From NCBI RefSeq assembly GCF_009914755.1, contig NC_060928.1: a stretch of DNA of 64,000 bases. The stretch is one strand, 5' to 3'. The notes under the pieces were generated by a model. It had not been told where the DNA came from, did not search any database, and saw only the letters and a program-made list of their open reading frames with translations. The first letter of the stretch is position 1. Each line of letters starts with the position of its first letter. Positions 52,160 to 64,000 of this stretch are shown piece by piece. The DNA comes from the human T2T-CHM13v2.0 reference genome, Homo sapiens. Both the position numbers and the translations under genes were made by a program.

Positions 52160-52350
52160 GGCAGATGTCTGCAAACTGCAGCCTGCAGACCACATCCAGC
52201 ACACAGCCTGTTTTTATATGGCCCAGAAGATAAGACTGGTTTCTATATGTTTAAAAGGTTGTTAAAAGAAGGAGGAGGAGGAATATATATATATAGCTTG
52301 CCACAAACTTTCAAAGTGAAAAAGATTACTCCTGGGGCACACTGGTACGG
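52160..52350. mobile_element. MER58B-like hAT fragment
   Basis: TCTGCAAACTGCAGCCTGCAGACCACATCCAGC...TGTTTTTATATGGCCC...TTTAAAAGGTTGTTAAAAG. Confidence 0.55.
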
Positions 52351-52614
52351 GCTTTTTGTAGAAAAAACAAGGAGATAAGTCTGTTTTGTCCCTAGTCTGT
52401 GTGGCAATGAAGTCTGGTTTGGTTTTGTTTCTTCATGTCAATAGAAATGATCACTTGTGGAACTCTGAGTGTTCACCAGATACCAGGCTAAGGGCTTGAA
52501 AGGCTTGATTTTTGGTTCCACATTCACGGTAACCCTGGGATAACAGCAGTGTCTGCATCCTAACAAAGTGAACGCTCAGACAGCTCAGGTAGCTTGTCCA
52601 TACCAGCGTGTCTA

Positions 52615-52925
<311 letters not shown>

Positions 52926-54720
52926 TGTGGCAGTGTGTGAATTGCAATCCATGCCACTCTGACCGTGGGATCTAAGACTCTGATCACCACACTACACAGC
53001 TCACTGCCCCTCCCCTTAGACCTTGGTTTCCTTTCCTATAGAAAGAAAAGCTTCGTTGATCCGGCATCAGACCTTTCCAGAGGGAGTTGCCTGGTCTGGG
53101 CTTGAAGGCTAACAGAGATGGTCACACACAGTCCCTGGCCTCGGGGGATCTCCGTCTGGCAGAGAAAGCATCTTAGCGTGATCACTGCTCTGAGAGACGA
53201 AGCATCCAATCCAATCCAGCAGACAGGGTGTGCTTCCTGGAGGAGGTGACATTTGAGCTGGGCTTTGGGGGTGAATAAGAGGAGGATGAACTGCAAGACA
53301 GAGGAACAATGTCATGGAGAAATTAAGCTCATAGTCTTTGGGTTCAACAGATTTGAATTCAAATTCCAAACCACCTACTTACCAACTAGTAGGAAAAATT
53401 ACTTACCCCTTTTGAGCCTCAATACTGTCATCCATGAAATGGAATAATAAATTATCCATCTCATGGGTGGTTATGCGGGGACAATGCCTAAAATGTAGGC
53501 ATTCAGTGCAGTATCTGCACATGGTGAGATCATGATAAGTAACTTGGGGCTATGATAACTTGTGTATTGCTAAGATGGTCCAAAAAGTCTTCCCAGGCCT
53601 TAGATCCAGTGGCTTTCAACTTAGTATTAATTACAATAACAAACTATCTTGAGCGTACTCACTGTAACAAGTAGGATCTCTGCTTCCTCTCTGAGGTCAG
53701 CGTGCTCACACACGCCTGGCACCATGGCCTGCCCCAGGAGGAAGCTGCCTTTTTATGAGATGAACTGCAGAGCCTTTATGCATGCATTTTTATGCTGTAT
53801 TTGGTAGGAAGCACTGATGCGCCCAGGTCATCCAAGGGCTGGGTCGTGATCTGGCCTCCGTCCACTGGAAGTCAAAGCCTCTGCCAGAGGTCCATGTCAT
53901 CCACAAAGAGATAAATTTTCTTCTATTTTGGTGTAGCGAAGAGGGCCTGTTCATGGAAGGGATCCAAGTTGGCCACTATCTTGACAATGTGTTTGATTTT
54001 AATGCTCAATTACATCTAAAAATAGGTCTGGGAGAGGTGACTGCCGAGGCGGCCATCCTGCTTGGCCAGCTGAAGGTTTGAGACTCAGGATGGGGTCATG
54101 GCTGAGACTATGAGGGCTGCTCGTGCATGACCCTGCCTGCTGGCCTCCATGGGCCCACTATCTGAATGTGGTTCCCCTTCTCCCCAGGACCAGGTGCCAC
54201 CTCCTCTGGGAAGCTTTCCCTGCCCGTCCACAGGGTATGCCTCCTTGTTCCTCTCCTGCCATCGGTTTACGTGCCTGTCTCCATCAACAGACCAGGAGCT
54301 CCTGAGGACAGGGACTGAGTCTGCCTGATTCATCTCTGCATTCCTAGCACTTACCTTGGTGCTTAGTGAAAGCTCGAACCTGCCTGGGTTCCCACCTTGT
54401 CTCTGCTACCCCCAGCTCTGTGAACTCAGGTAAGCTTCTCTCCCTCTCTGGGCCTCAGCTTCTATGCACAGGAAGCAGAACAGCCGTCCCTCCTCATGGG
54501 GGTGGTAGTGAGCCTCAGAATTTCCAGACATCCCCTTCCTTGCTGCCCCTGGACTCCTGTGCTCACATGAGCAGCTCTTTCACCTGGTGCAACCTGTACA
54601 TGGGACTCAACAATAGTGGTGCACACCTCAAAGGGGTTCTGTTAGGATGAAATGGGATAATTTTGGCAAAGTTAAACTAAAACTAAAACTCCCCTCCCCA
54701 ATATTAGCAACTATTGGCAT

Positions 54721-55084
54721 TGTATGGGTCCGTTCTCACACTGCTATGAAGAAATACCCGAGACTGGGTAATTTATAAAGAAAAGAGGTTTAATTGATTC
54801 ACAGTTCTGCATGGCTGGGGAGGCCTCAAGGAACTTACAGTCATGGCAGAAGGCACCTCTTCACATGGCAGCAGTAGAGAGAATGAGAGCAAGCAGGGGA
54901 AATGCCAGGTGCTTATAAAACCATAAGATCTCAGGAGACTCCCTCATTATCAAGAGAACAGCATGGGAGAAACCACCCCCATGATTCAATTACCTCCACC
55001 TGGTCCCACCCTTGACACATGGGGATTATGGGGATTACAATTCAAGGTGAGATCTGGATGAGGACACAGAGCCACACCATATCA
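54721..55084 (-). mobile_element. THE1-type MaLR solo LTR
   Basis: TGTATGGGTCCGTTCTCACACTGCTATGAAGAAATACCCGAGACTGGG...CACACCATATCA, with a perfect TSD ggcat on both sides. Confidence 0.9.
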
Positions 55085-55580
55085 GGCATCATCACTATCA
55101 CCATCATCATCGCCATCATCAAAACCAGCATCATCACCATCACCACCAGCATCACCATAACCCACATCCTCATCATTACCACCATCAACACCATCATCAT
55201 CACCATTACCCTCGTCATCACCATCCTCATCATTATCATCATCACCATCACCACCATTACCATCATCACCACCATCACCCTCATCCTCATTATTAGCACC
55301 ATCAACACCATCATCATCACCATTACTGTCATCATCACCATCACTATCATCATCAGCATCATTATCATTATCATCATCACCATTACCACCATCACCATCA
55401 TGATCAACATTACCCTCATCCTCATCATTACCACCATCAACACCATCATCACCGTCACCATCATCAACACCATCATCATCATCACCATCACCCTTATCTT
55501 CATCATTGTCACAATTACTGCCATCACCATCACCACTATCTTCACCATCACCATCATCATCATCACCACCATCAACATCA
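55085..55580 (+). repeat. Degenerate (CAT/CAC)n trinucleotide repeat
   Basis: About 165 triplets of catcaccatcat with an unbroken 3-nt period. Confidence 0.95.
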
Positions 55581-55832
55581 GTGTTTCCCAAGAAGAATCC
55601 ACTTGCATAAATATATAAGAGACAAATATTAACTTTACTGAAAATTTCCTGGGGTACAAGGGAAGGAAGGCATATCTCAGCCTCTCAGCAAATGACATGA
55701 AGATTTTTCAAGATCCCCACAGTAGGATTTGCTCCCTTTGGAACCCTAGTCATCACTGGAGGGCTGTTTTCCCCTCCAACCTGTCCCACCTGCTCTTTCA
55801 CTTTCCTCTCTTCCCCTCCCAGTTCTCCCTGA

Positions 55833-56280
<448 letters not shown>

Positions 56281-56669
56281 TCGATCTCTTCTATAACGTT
56301 TGTTCCATGGTGTTCTGTAGAATGTGTATCCGGCCTTGTGCTAAGCCCTGGTGCACTGCGTCTTATCCAGTCTTTCCAGGAGAAACTGTAGCTTAGAGAT
56401 GTTGGAGAACTTACTCTTGCAGCACAACCCATAAGTGGTGGTTTCAGGAAGAAGATGCTTGGCACAGCACCAGCCAGGGAATTGCCCAAGTGTCAGCTGT
56501 TATGTCATCCGTGCCACTAGTTCAGTGAAACTAACATGAGACCTGGGACTAGCTGTGTGGCCTTGGAAGAGTGATCTCTTTCTAAGCCTCAGTTTCCTCA
56601 CCTGTAAAAGAAGGATGATAACAGCTACCCCTGGGGTTTTGGAAGGTTGTGGAGCAGTGGGTGGTAGAT

Positions 56670-57107
56670 GACCCTGAGAGAAACAGCATAACTGAAGCAT
56701 ACCCTGAGAATGACCCCATGGTCTGAGAAGAATATATGTTCAGAGTTCTGAGCTAAGGAACGTGGGAGTGGCCAACCCAGAGATTCATTCCTTATCTGAG
56801 TAACATCTGAGCTCCTGGCCCCATCCTATGGAATGCAGGCCGTACAGGGGATTGAGACCCTGTGTTTTGGGTTATGTGAACGTTGCCAGGTGGAGGGAGG
56901 TTGTTAGGGGGAGGCGCCAAGGAAAAGTGCTACATAAACCACATGCTTTTTGCAAGCAGTTGAGGTTCTCCTGTCCACCCAGCCACCACTGGTCCATCCC
57001 TGTAAGCTTCCGTCTAATGAAGCCCTAGGTCTCGGTGCTGTCCCTGGGTCTCTTCTTCAGCCTCTTGAATCTGGTGCCATCCCTATTGAAATCAATAGGG
57101 CCTGACA
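56670..57107 (+). mobile_element. ERV-type solo LTR (subfamily uncertain, LTR47-like)
   Basis: LTR-like organisation: TG start, TACATAAA box, then TGGGTCTCTTCTTCAGCCTCTTGAATCTGGTGCCATCCCTATTG...GACA end. Confidence 0.55.
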
Positions 57108-57469
57108 GGCAGGCTGAAGAATGTGTGCAGGAAGGTCCTCTGACAAAAGGGGTTCCAACAGGGTTTTTCAATAAAGGTCCCAGGATAGTCACAGCCATGC
57201 AGTCCAGGGGGCAGTGGGTCTTGGCCACCAAGTGCAGTGGGGCAGGCCTGGAAGTGGCCTGAGGCAAACCCTGCCCCATAGTGTGCCACACACATGGAAA
57301 AGGACACCCAACCCAGTCAAAGCCTCCTCTCTTTTGGGAAGACAGTTGCTGTGCCTCCAGAGGGACATACGTTTGGATGAAGGTGGCTGTCCTGCCCAGC
57401 TTCTTCTCTGGTTCTCTTTGAATCAGGAACAGCTGAGGACCTAGGGTGGCTCAGCCGATGAGGGCACGC

Positions 57470-57650
57470 ACTCAAGTGGTTCCCACCAGACACAATGGTG
57501 TGCATCACTTCCCCTCTCCAAGTTCAATGTCATCATATTGGTAGCTTGAAATTGGCTGTAGTGAGAGCATTTACACCATGGAAATTGGCAGACACAGTCT
57601 ATATTTTGTTCTTTTGTTTTTTTCAGAGCCAACTACTAAGCCTGTAGCAG
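57470..57650. mobile_element. MER63-like hAT-Blackjack remnant
   Basis: TTGGTAGCTTGAAATTGGC...CATTTACACCATGGAAATTGGCA. Confidence 0.6.
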
Positions 57651-60600
57651 CCTCCCAAACTGCCCAGTCTTGTTCAGATGCACCTCCAGAAACACAGGGG
57701 TCCAAAATGCCCCTTCCCAGACACCCTGAGGAGTAGAACAGTGCCAGCAGGCTCCAGGGATGAGGGACTAGCTACCACATTCCCTTTCCCAAGCCTCAGT
57801 TTCCCCACCTGTAAGATGAGGGATATGGGCTCTGACTTTCTGAGTTTGGAAAATAAAGTGCTCCCCAAACTGGGCTGCTTTCTCTGCCTCAATTTTTCTT
57901 ACTGGAGAGTCAAAGGCCCTGAATTACTTTCATCTAAGGGATGCTTAGGCATGGGCACACAGGACACTCACACCTTGCTGGTGGCCACACCCTCCCGCTG
58001 ACCCTGCAGGACAGTTTGGCTCTGTCCGTCTATTCAAGAGGTAAATGCTCATCCCCTTTGACCCAGCAATTCCGCTCCTAGAAGCTCATTCCAGAGAATC
58101 ACATACATGTGTGTGCCAAGAAGCACTTGCTCATGGGGATGTCCATCCATTCAGCTGCTAACAAGCCCTCACTTGGCCAAGCTCAAATTCTATTGTGGGG
58201 GAGGGTAACCTTGAGTGGCCTTAGAAAAACAAATTGTCGCTTCCCCAGCTCCTGCCTCTGTGAGTCACCCCCCCAAGTGCTCTGCCTGCAGCCACTTGCC
58301 CTGGCAGGAAGACCCTTGGGCAGGCCCCACCATGGCTCCACTCTGGAATGCTGGGCACTTTGCCCCACTACGCTCTACAAAGGCATCCCTTCCTTCTGGG
58401 CAGGTGAGCAGTCTCTCTATACCCCTCACCTGGCTTTCAGGCTGCATGCTCCTCTTTACCAACCTGTGGGTGGAAACACCCAGTCCTCTCCAAAACACCC
58501 TCACTCCAGTCTCTCAGCCATTTTTAGCAAACTGATGATGGGCCAAGGTTGATACACCCAGCACCCCTTAGTCTCCCCTTGATCCCTCCTTCAGAGAGGT
58601 TCTGGCTCCCTCTTCAGAAGGTGTGGGCACCCAGTATCTTTGCTCTCGGCACAAATTCTGGGCAGAGAGAGACCCATCTAACATGCCCATTACCATAGTG
58701 ATGCCACGTTGACCACTCACCATGTGGAAGGCATTGTGCTGAGCACTTGATGTCCATGATGTCATCAAATCCTCAGGTGACCCTGTAACCTCATTTGTGG
58801 TCCACTTTTGCAGATGAGGAGATGTGCTCAGAGAGGTTAAGGGACATGCCCAGGATGCACAGCTGGAGGGTGGCAGAACTGAACGTAAGACTGGGCTTAT
58901 CTGATTCCAAAGCCCAAGCTGTGCATACCACGCACGCTGCCTGTAAACACACCCCGCACCTCCAGCCTCTGCCTTCACTTGTTTTTCAAGTGACTAAGGG
59001 TCCTACTTTTGAGTCAGGATCTCTGAGCTGCAACTAGCCTTTGGGACAGGCTTAAGTTCAGGGCTTGGCAGTTACAGGCTGCCAATAAATATTTGTTGAA
59101 TGAATGAATGCTTTGTGGCCTCTCCAGGACTGGGTTAGAGCTGGCATGAACACTCCTTACCCTCTGTTTTCTTCATCAAACCTCCCTAAGTACCTGCTTT
59201 GGGCCAGAGGAGACACGGACTCAGAGAAGAGGCAGGTGGTCTCACTGTTCAACTCCCCTGGGCCCTCGGCACAGGCTAATCATCAAATGCCACTCCTGTG
59301 CAGGACATGGGTGCAGTCTCAGAGGTCCTCAGGTTGTCGGAGGACACAGAAGCAGGCTCCGATGATGCTCTGTCCGCCCACCCTTGGCAAGCTCACCTGC
59401 AGATGGCTTCCATCATTCCAGCTAAGGGCCACTTCTGTCTGTCTGCCTGTGGCAACCTCAGGCCACAGGACCAGCCTGGGAGTGTGCCAACCTGTCCGCA
59501 CTGCAGGCCAGACATGCTGGGGAGGCAATGTCTACAGTTGCCCTCTACCAGGAGGGAGAGCAGTTTATGGGTGAAATCAGTTTTCTCGTGCCTCAGTGGG
59601 GTGTGCTCCACAGTCTCCCAGAGAGCCCCACTAGGAGTGAGCCCCAGTTGCCCACAGCTGTGACCTGTGTGTTGATGCATCCTCCTTTCTCTGACTCACT
59701 TGCCCACACCCCTACCAAGGCTTCCTGGGATCAACAACTACTTACTCCCAAAATCTTGCTCCCCAATCAGCTTTTGGGGAAGTCAAACTATGCTTATTAA
59801 TGCAGTCAGGAAGTGGCAGAGAGGGGACATGTCCCCTTCCCCAGCCTGATCCCCTTTACCAGATTCCATTGCAAGGGTGAAAAAGCTCAGTGAACCATAA
59901 TGGGGCTGGTCAAGTGCTTTAAGCAAAGGAGCAAGCTCTGTGGGCCCAGGAAATCAGAGAAGGCTTCCTGGAGGAAGTAGCACTGGATTCTAGCCTTGAA
60001 GGCTTAGCAGAGTATGAGGGGCAAGTCCCTAAGTGCCTTTAGGCCTCCTTGAGGCCTTTCCACTGTGGGTTCTGTAAACAGAGAGACTCAACTGTGAACT
60101 GCAGTTGAATTTTTTGACAATATCCACTCCATCATTTATTATAAAGGCCTTTTAAAGTAAAAGACCCCAGCTGGAGGAATAATCCCCTCTTGGATGGGAT
60201 CTAAGCCATGGAAAATGGGATGCTTCCCAGGTGTTCCATCTCTGCAGATATAAAACACAGAGGGGCCCAGATCTCAGGCCAGCCTGAACTGAGCTTCTCT
60301 GCAGGATGATCTCCTCACCAGAACCCCTGGACAGGAGGGTCTGCCAGATCCCAGGAAGGAGATGTGTGAAGCCAGCCTTGGTGACACTCCTGGGCCCCAT
60401 CCAGTCAGTTATGAAAAGTCTCTGCTGCTAAACTCATCTGCCTCAGCCTGTCTCTGGCCTGTCTTCTTTCTTTCTGCATTTCTTCCTTTTAAAAAAGTTT
60501 ATTGCTCTTTTCTAATGTTAAAAGTAACACATACTGATTGCAGAAAATCCAGAAAAGCACAAAGAAAAAAATTAAAATCACTCGTAATGTCAACATGCAG

Positions 60601-61236
60601 TGACATCTACTGATGTTTGAGTGTGTGTCCATATAGTCTTTTTGTAAGGTCCTGGACAGAGCAAGCAAGCAGTCTTTTTTGATATCCACAGAATAACTTG
60701 CTAGGGTCTTGATTGGAATGGCATCGGGTCTATAAAGACTGACATCTTGATGATATTGAATCTTCCTATCCATGAACATGGGATATCTCTCTATTTATTT
60801 AGTTCTTTGATTTTCCAGTCTTTTTTCTATGTCTGAATTTTGTTGACTGAAAACACCCTCTAAGTAGGTTTCAGTCCTGCTTTCTCCCTTAATGTTATGT
60901 CATGTTAAGCCTCTCTCTAAGCAGAGATGTTAATTACTGCCTCATTTTCCAATATGTGGAGACACAGAAATGTGCCTAACCATTCACCATTATTGTACTT
61001 CTAGGTTGTTTTCAGGTTTGTCACTAACTATAAAAACAATAATAAAATCATGCTTGACTTTTGTTCATTAAAATTTCAAAGCAGTTCATCAAAAAGCTCA
61101 GAAAACAGCTCACGCACACTCAACTAGCCATCTATATTACTGTGCAATCTTCACCCCCTCAGTGTCATCGCTGAGACCTACTGTATGTCGGGCCCTGGGA
61201 GAATCAGAGCCCAGGAAGCTCCTAAAGTATGGGATC

Positions 61237-61678
<442 letters not shown>

Positions 61679-61935
61679 CTATTCCACTGTTGACACCTTC
61701 AGAATTCACTGTTGCTGAAAACCCTAAAACTTTAGAACAATTCCTTCATCCTATTTTCCTGTGATTTTTTTTTTTAAATGAACTTCTTACTGGCTGTAAC
61801 CTACACACAGAAAAGGGCTCCAGCTGTAAATGTGCTGCTTGATGAATTTTCACAGTGTGAGTACTCCATGTAACTAGCACCTGATCAGAAAGAGAACACT
61901 ACCAGCCCCCCGGGGATTCCCAAGTAAACTCTAGT

Positions 61936-62146
61936 CCAGTGATTCTCAATCAGGGGCAATGTTGCCTACAGGGGCATTTGGCAATGTCTGCAGACATTTT
62001 TTATTGTCATAATTGAGAGGAATGCTGCTCACATCCAGTGGATAGAGGCTGGGGATGCCGCTCAATATCCCACGGTGCGCAGGACAGACCCACAGACAGA
62101 ATTGTCTGGCCCTAAATGTCCAAAGCACTGAGGTTAGGAAACCCAG
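61936..62146. mobile_element. MER20 DNA transposon
   Basis: CAGTGATTCTCAATCAGGGGCAAT...GGCATTTGGCAATGTCTGCAGACATTTT...CTGAGGTTAGGAAACCCAG. Confidence 0.8.
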
Positions 62147-64000
62147 TTCAAATCTACCCTAACTTCTAACTGCACAGACTAGTTAGAATAGTTAGACTAG
62201 TTGTGCTAGTCAGGCTGGTTTTCATTTAATCCAACAACTGGGCCTGGGTAGGTTTTGTCTTACAGAGTCGGCTTCTGATTCTCATCAGTTACTTCCTATC
62301 TTCTCCTCAACTGAATCCAGACTCTCATCAAATCCTGCCTGATTTAGGGCCAAAGCTCCCCGGTGGCTCCCACCCCTCGCTCCAGCCCAGGTGCAGAATG
62401 GTGCCTGACCTAGAACAGACATTCCAAGGTTATGAATGAATGAATGGGGGATGAATAAATGATGCCACCCCTGCCTCAAAGCCTGCCAAGTCAGCATGAT
62501 GCTCCCCCAGGGATCAAGGCAGCTCACCATGGTGGGATCCTCACAGGGTCAGGGGCTCTCGGGAAACATGAAAAGCTTTCTCTCAAAGTTGAGAAGCCCT
62601 GGGAGGAGTGATGGGTGGGCATCCCTGGTGTTTCTCCCATGCTGGGGACCCAGAGATAGGCCCAGGAGGCAACGGCCAGCCCCAGGACTCCCCAGCACTG
62701 TGAATGACCTGGAAACAGGTGAGCTGCATGACAGGGATATCTATGGCTAGAGAGGCAGGAGGAGGATAATCCCTGGAGGAGGCCAGGAGGAGGCTGGCAA
62801 AACTCAAGGGACCAGGGGGATGAGGAGGCTGGTCATATGCTCTAGAGCTCTGCCCGCTTTGACTTCCCAGGAAGGCAGGAGACTGGACTCTGGCCTGGGG
62901 GAGGAAGGGATGTACCAGGTCTGGGGAAGGCAGTGCCAGGAACAGGCCCAACAGGCACACAGGGTCACTGGGTCCCCCCTCAGCGATCTCCCTCATACTC
63001 ACTGCTGTGCAGAGGAACTGGACCTTGGAGACAGCACAGGCCAGGTGGCTCTGTCCTCCTCTGGGCCTGGGACGCAGAGCTGCTGGGGCAGCGTCAGGCC
63101 CCGCAAGATGACATCCTGCACTTCCACGGCCCTGAGAGTGGGCAGCTCCTTAAACTAGGGCCCTGGGGCCCACCCTAGTCCTAGCCCTACGCAAGCCACC
63201 TAGTTTTTCAGTTAGGGCATGGGGGTGTAGGGAGGGTGCGATGGGCAGGAATGACTTGGGAAACAAGGACCCGCTTAGAAGGTAAGGCCTCCAGGGCAGG
63301 GCCCCCTGCCACTTGTCTGCAGAGCTCCAGCCCCAGCACAAAGATGCCAATGACATCCTGCACAGAACTGGTACAGATGCCAGGGAGTGTGTGATGGGAT
63401 AGTTAGCCCGGGCACCAACTAGGATGGGGCAGATAGGTTTGGCCTGGCGTCCTAGCTCCCCCTCCTCCAGCTGTGAGACCTTGAATGCGTCAGGGGATCT
63501 CTCAGGCCTCAGCTTTCTCCTCTGTTGAATGGGTATAGGAGTCTCCACCTCACAGGCTCATCACGGGGAGTCTCAGATTCCCTGTGGGCAAGTGCCATGC
63601 ACAGTTGCTCAGCTCAGGCTGGGCGGGCATTCACTCTGTCCACTCTCTCCTCCCTTCTCCAGCGCGTGAGTCTGAGACATGAACAGCAAAGAAGGCCACC
63701 TCCCAACCCCTCAGCACACACAAGTCTGTTCAAGGAAGACTTATGAATGGCTGTCCCTGCTCCTAGACTGGCCAGCTGGCCATGGCTGAGGTCCCACAGG
63801 CTGGCAGACCTGGGCGGGGTGAGGTAGTGTCTGGTGCCGGGCCCGGGTCTGGTGCCTGCATGGTGACAGCAACAAAAGCAGGGCCGGGTGGTGCATGGGG
63901 AAGCCCCCGGGGAGACTCTATGACACAAGCCAGTCCCCCTGAGCCACTTCCCCACTTGGGACCCTCAACCTGTGCAATGGGAGAGAAAGCCCCAAGCTGG

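Noticed and set aside
55019-55698. Poly-Ile/Thr, poly-Met/Val and poly-Asp/Gly ORFs
   Set aside because: Translations of a (CAT/CAC)n triplet repeat; no gene structure.

Overview
Primate (most likely human) genomic DNA containing the complete + strand HTRA3 gene (secreted HtrA serine peptidase 3; from memory chr4p16.1), followed by about 23 kb of repeat-rich intergenic sequence. All nine coding exons of the long isoform were placed with GT-AG boundaries. They join into a 1362-nt ORF (453 aa: signal peptide, IGFBP, Kazal, trypsin-like protease with His191/Asp227/Ser305, PDZ). An alternative terminal exon in intron 6 gives the PDZ-less short isoform ending APSLAVH, with its own poly(A) signals. 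No other protein-coding gene is supported; the long ORFs in the ORF track come from simple repeats. The best hidden signal is a 5 x 26-bp tandem array in intron 7, each unit holding a perfect CNC-sMaf/antioxidant response element (RTGACTCAGCA). Other notable observations are a 1.8-kb YCAY-rich (CCAT)n array ahead of the isoform-switch exon, an L1-derived minisatellite with nine AP-1 sites, two uORFs (one a start-stop AUG-UGA), a 33-nt in-frame exon carrying the catalytic serine, and an apparent Ala27Gly difference from the recalled reference protein. Repeat subfamily names come from recalled consensus sequences, not from a database search.
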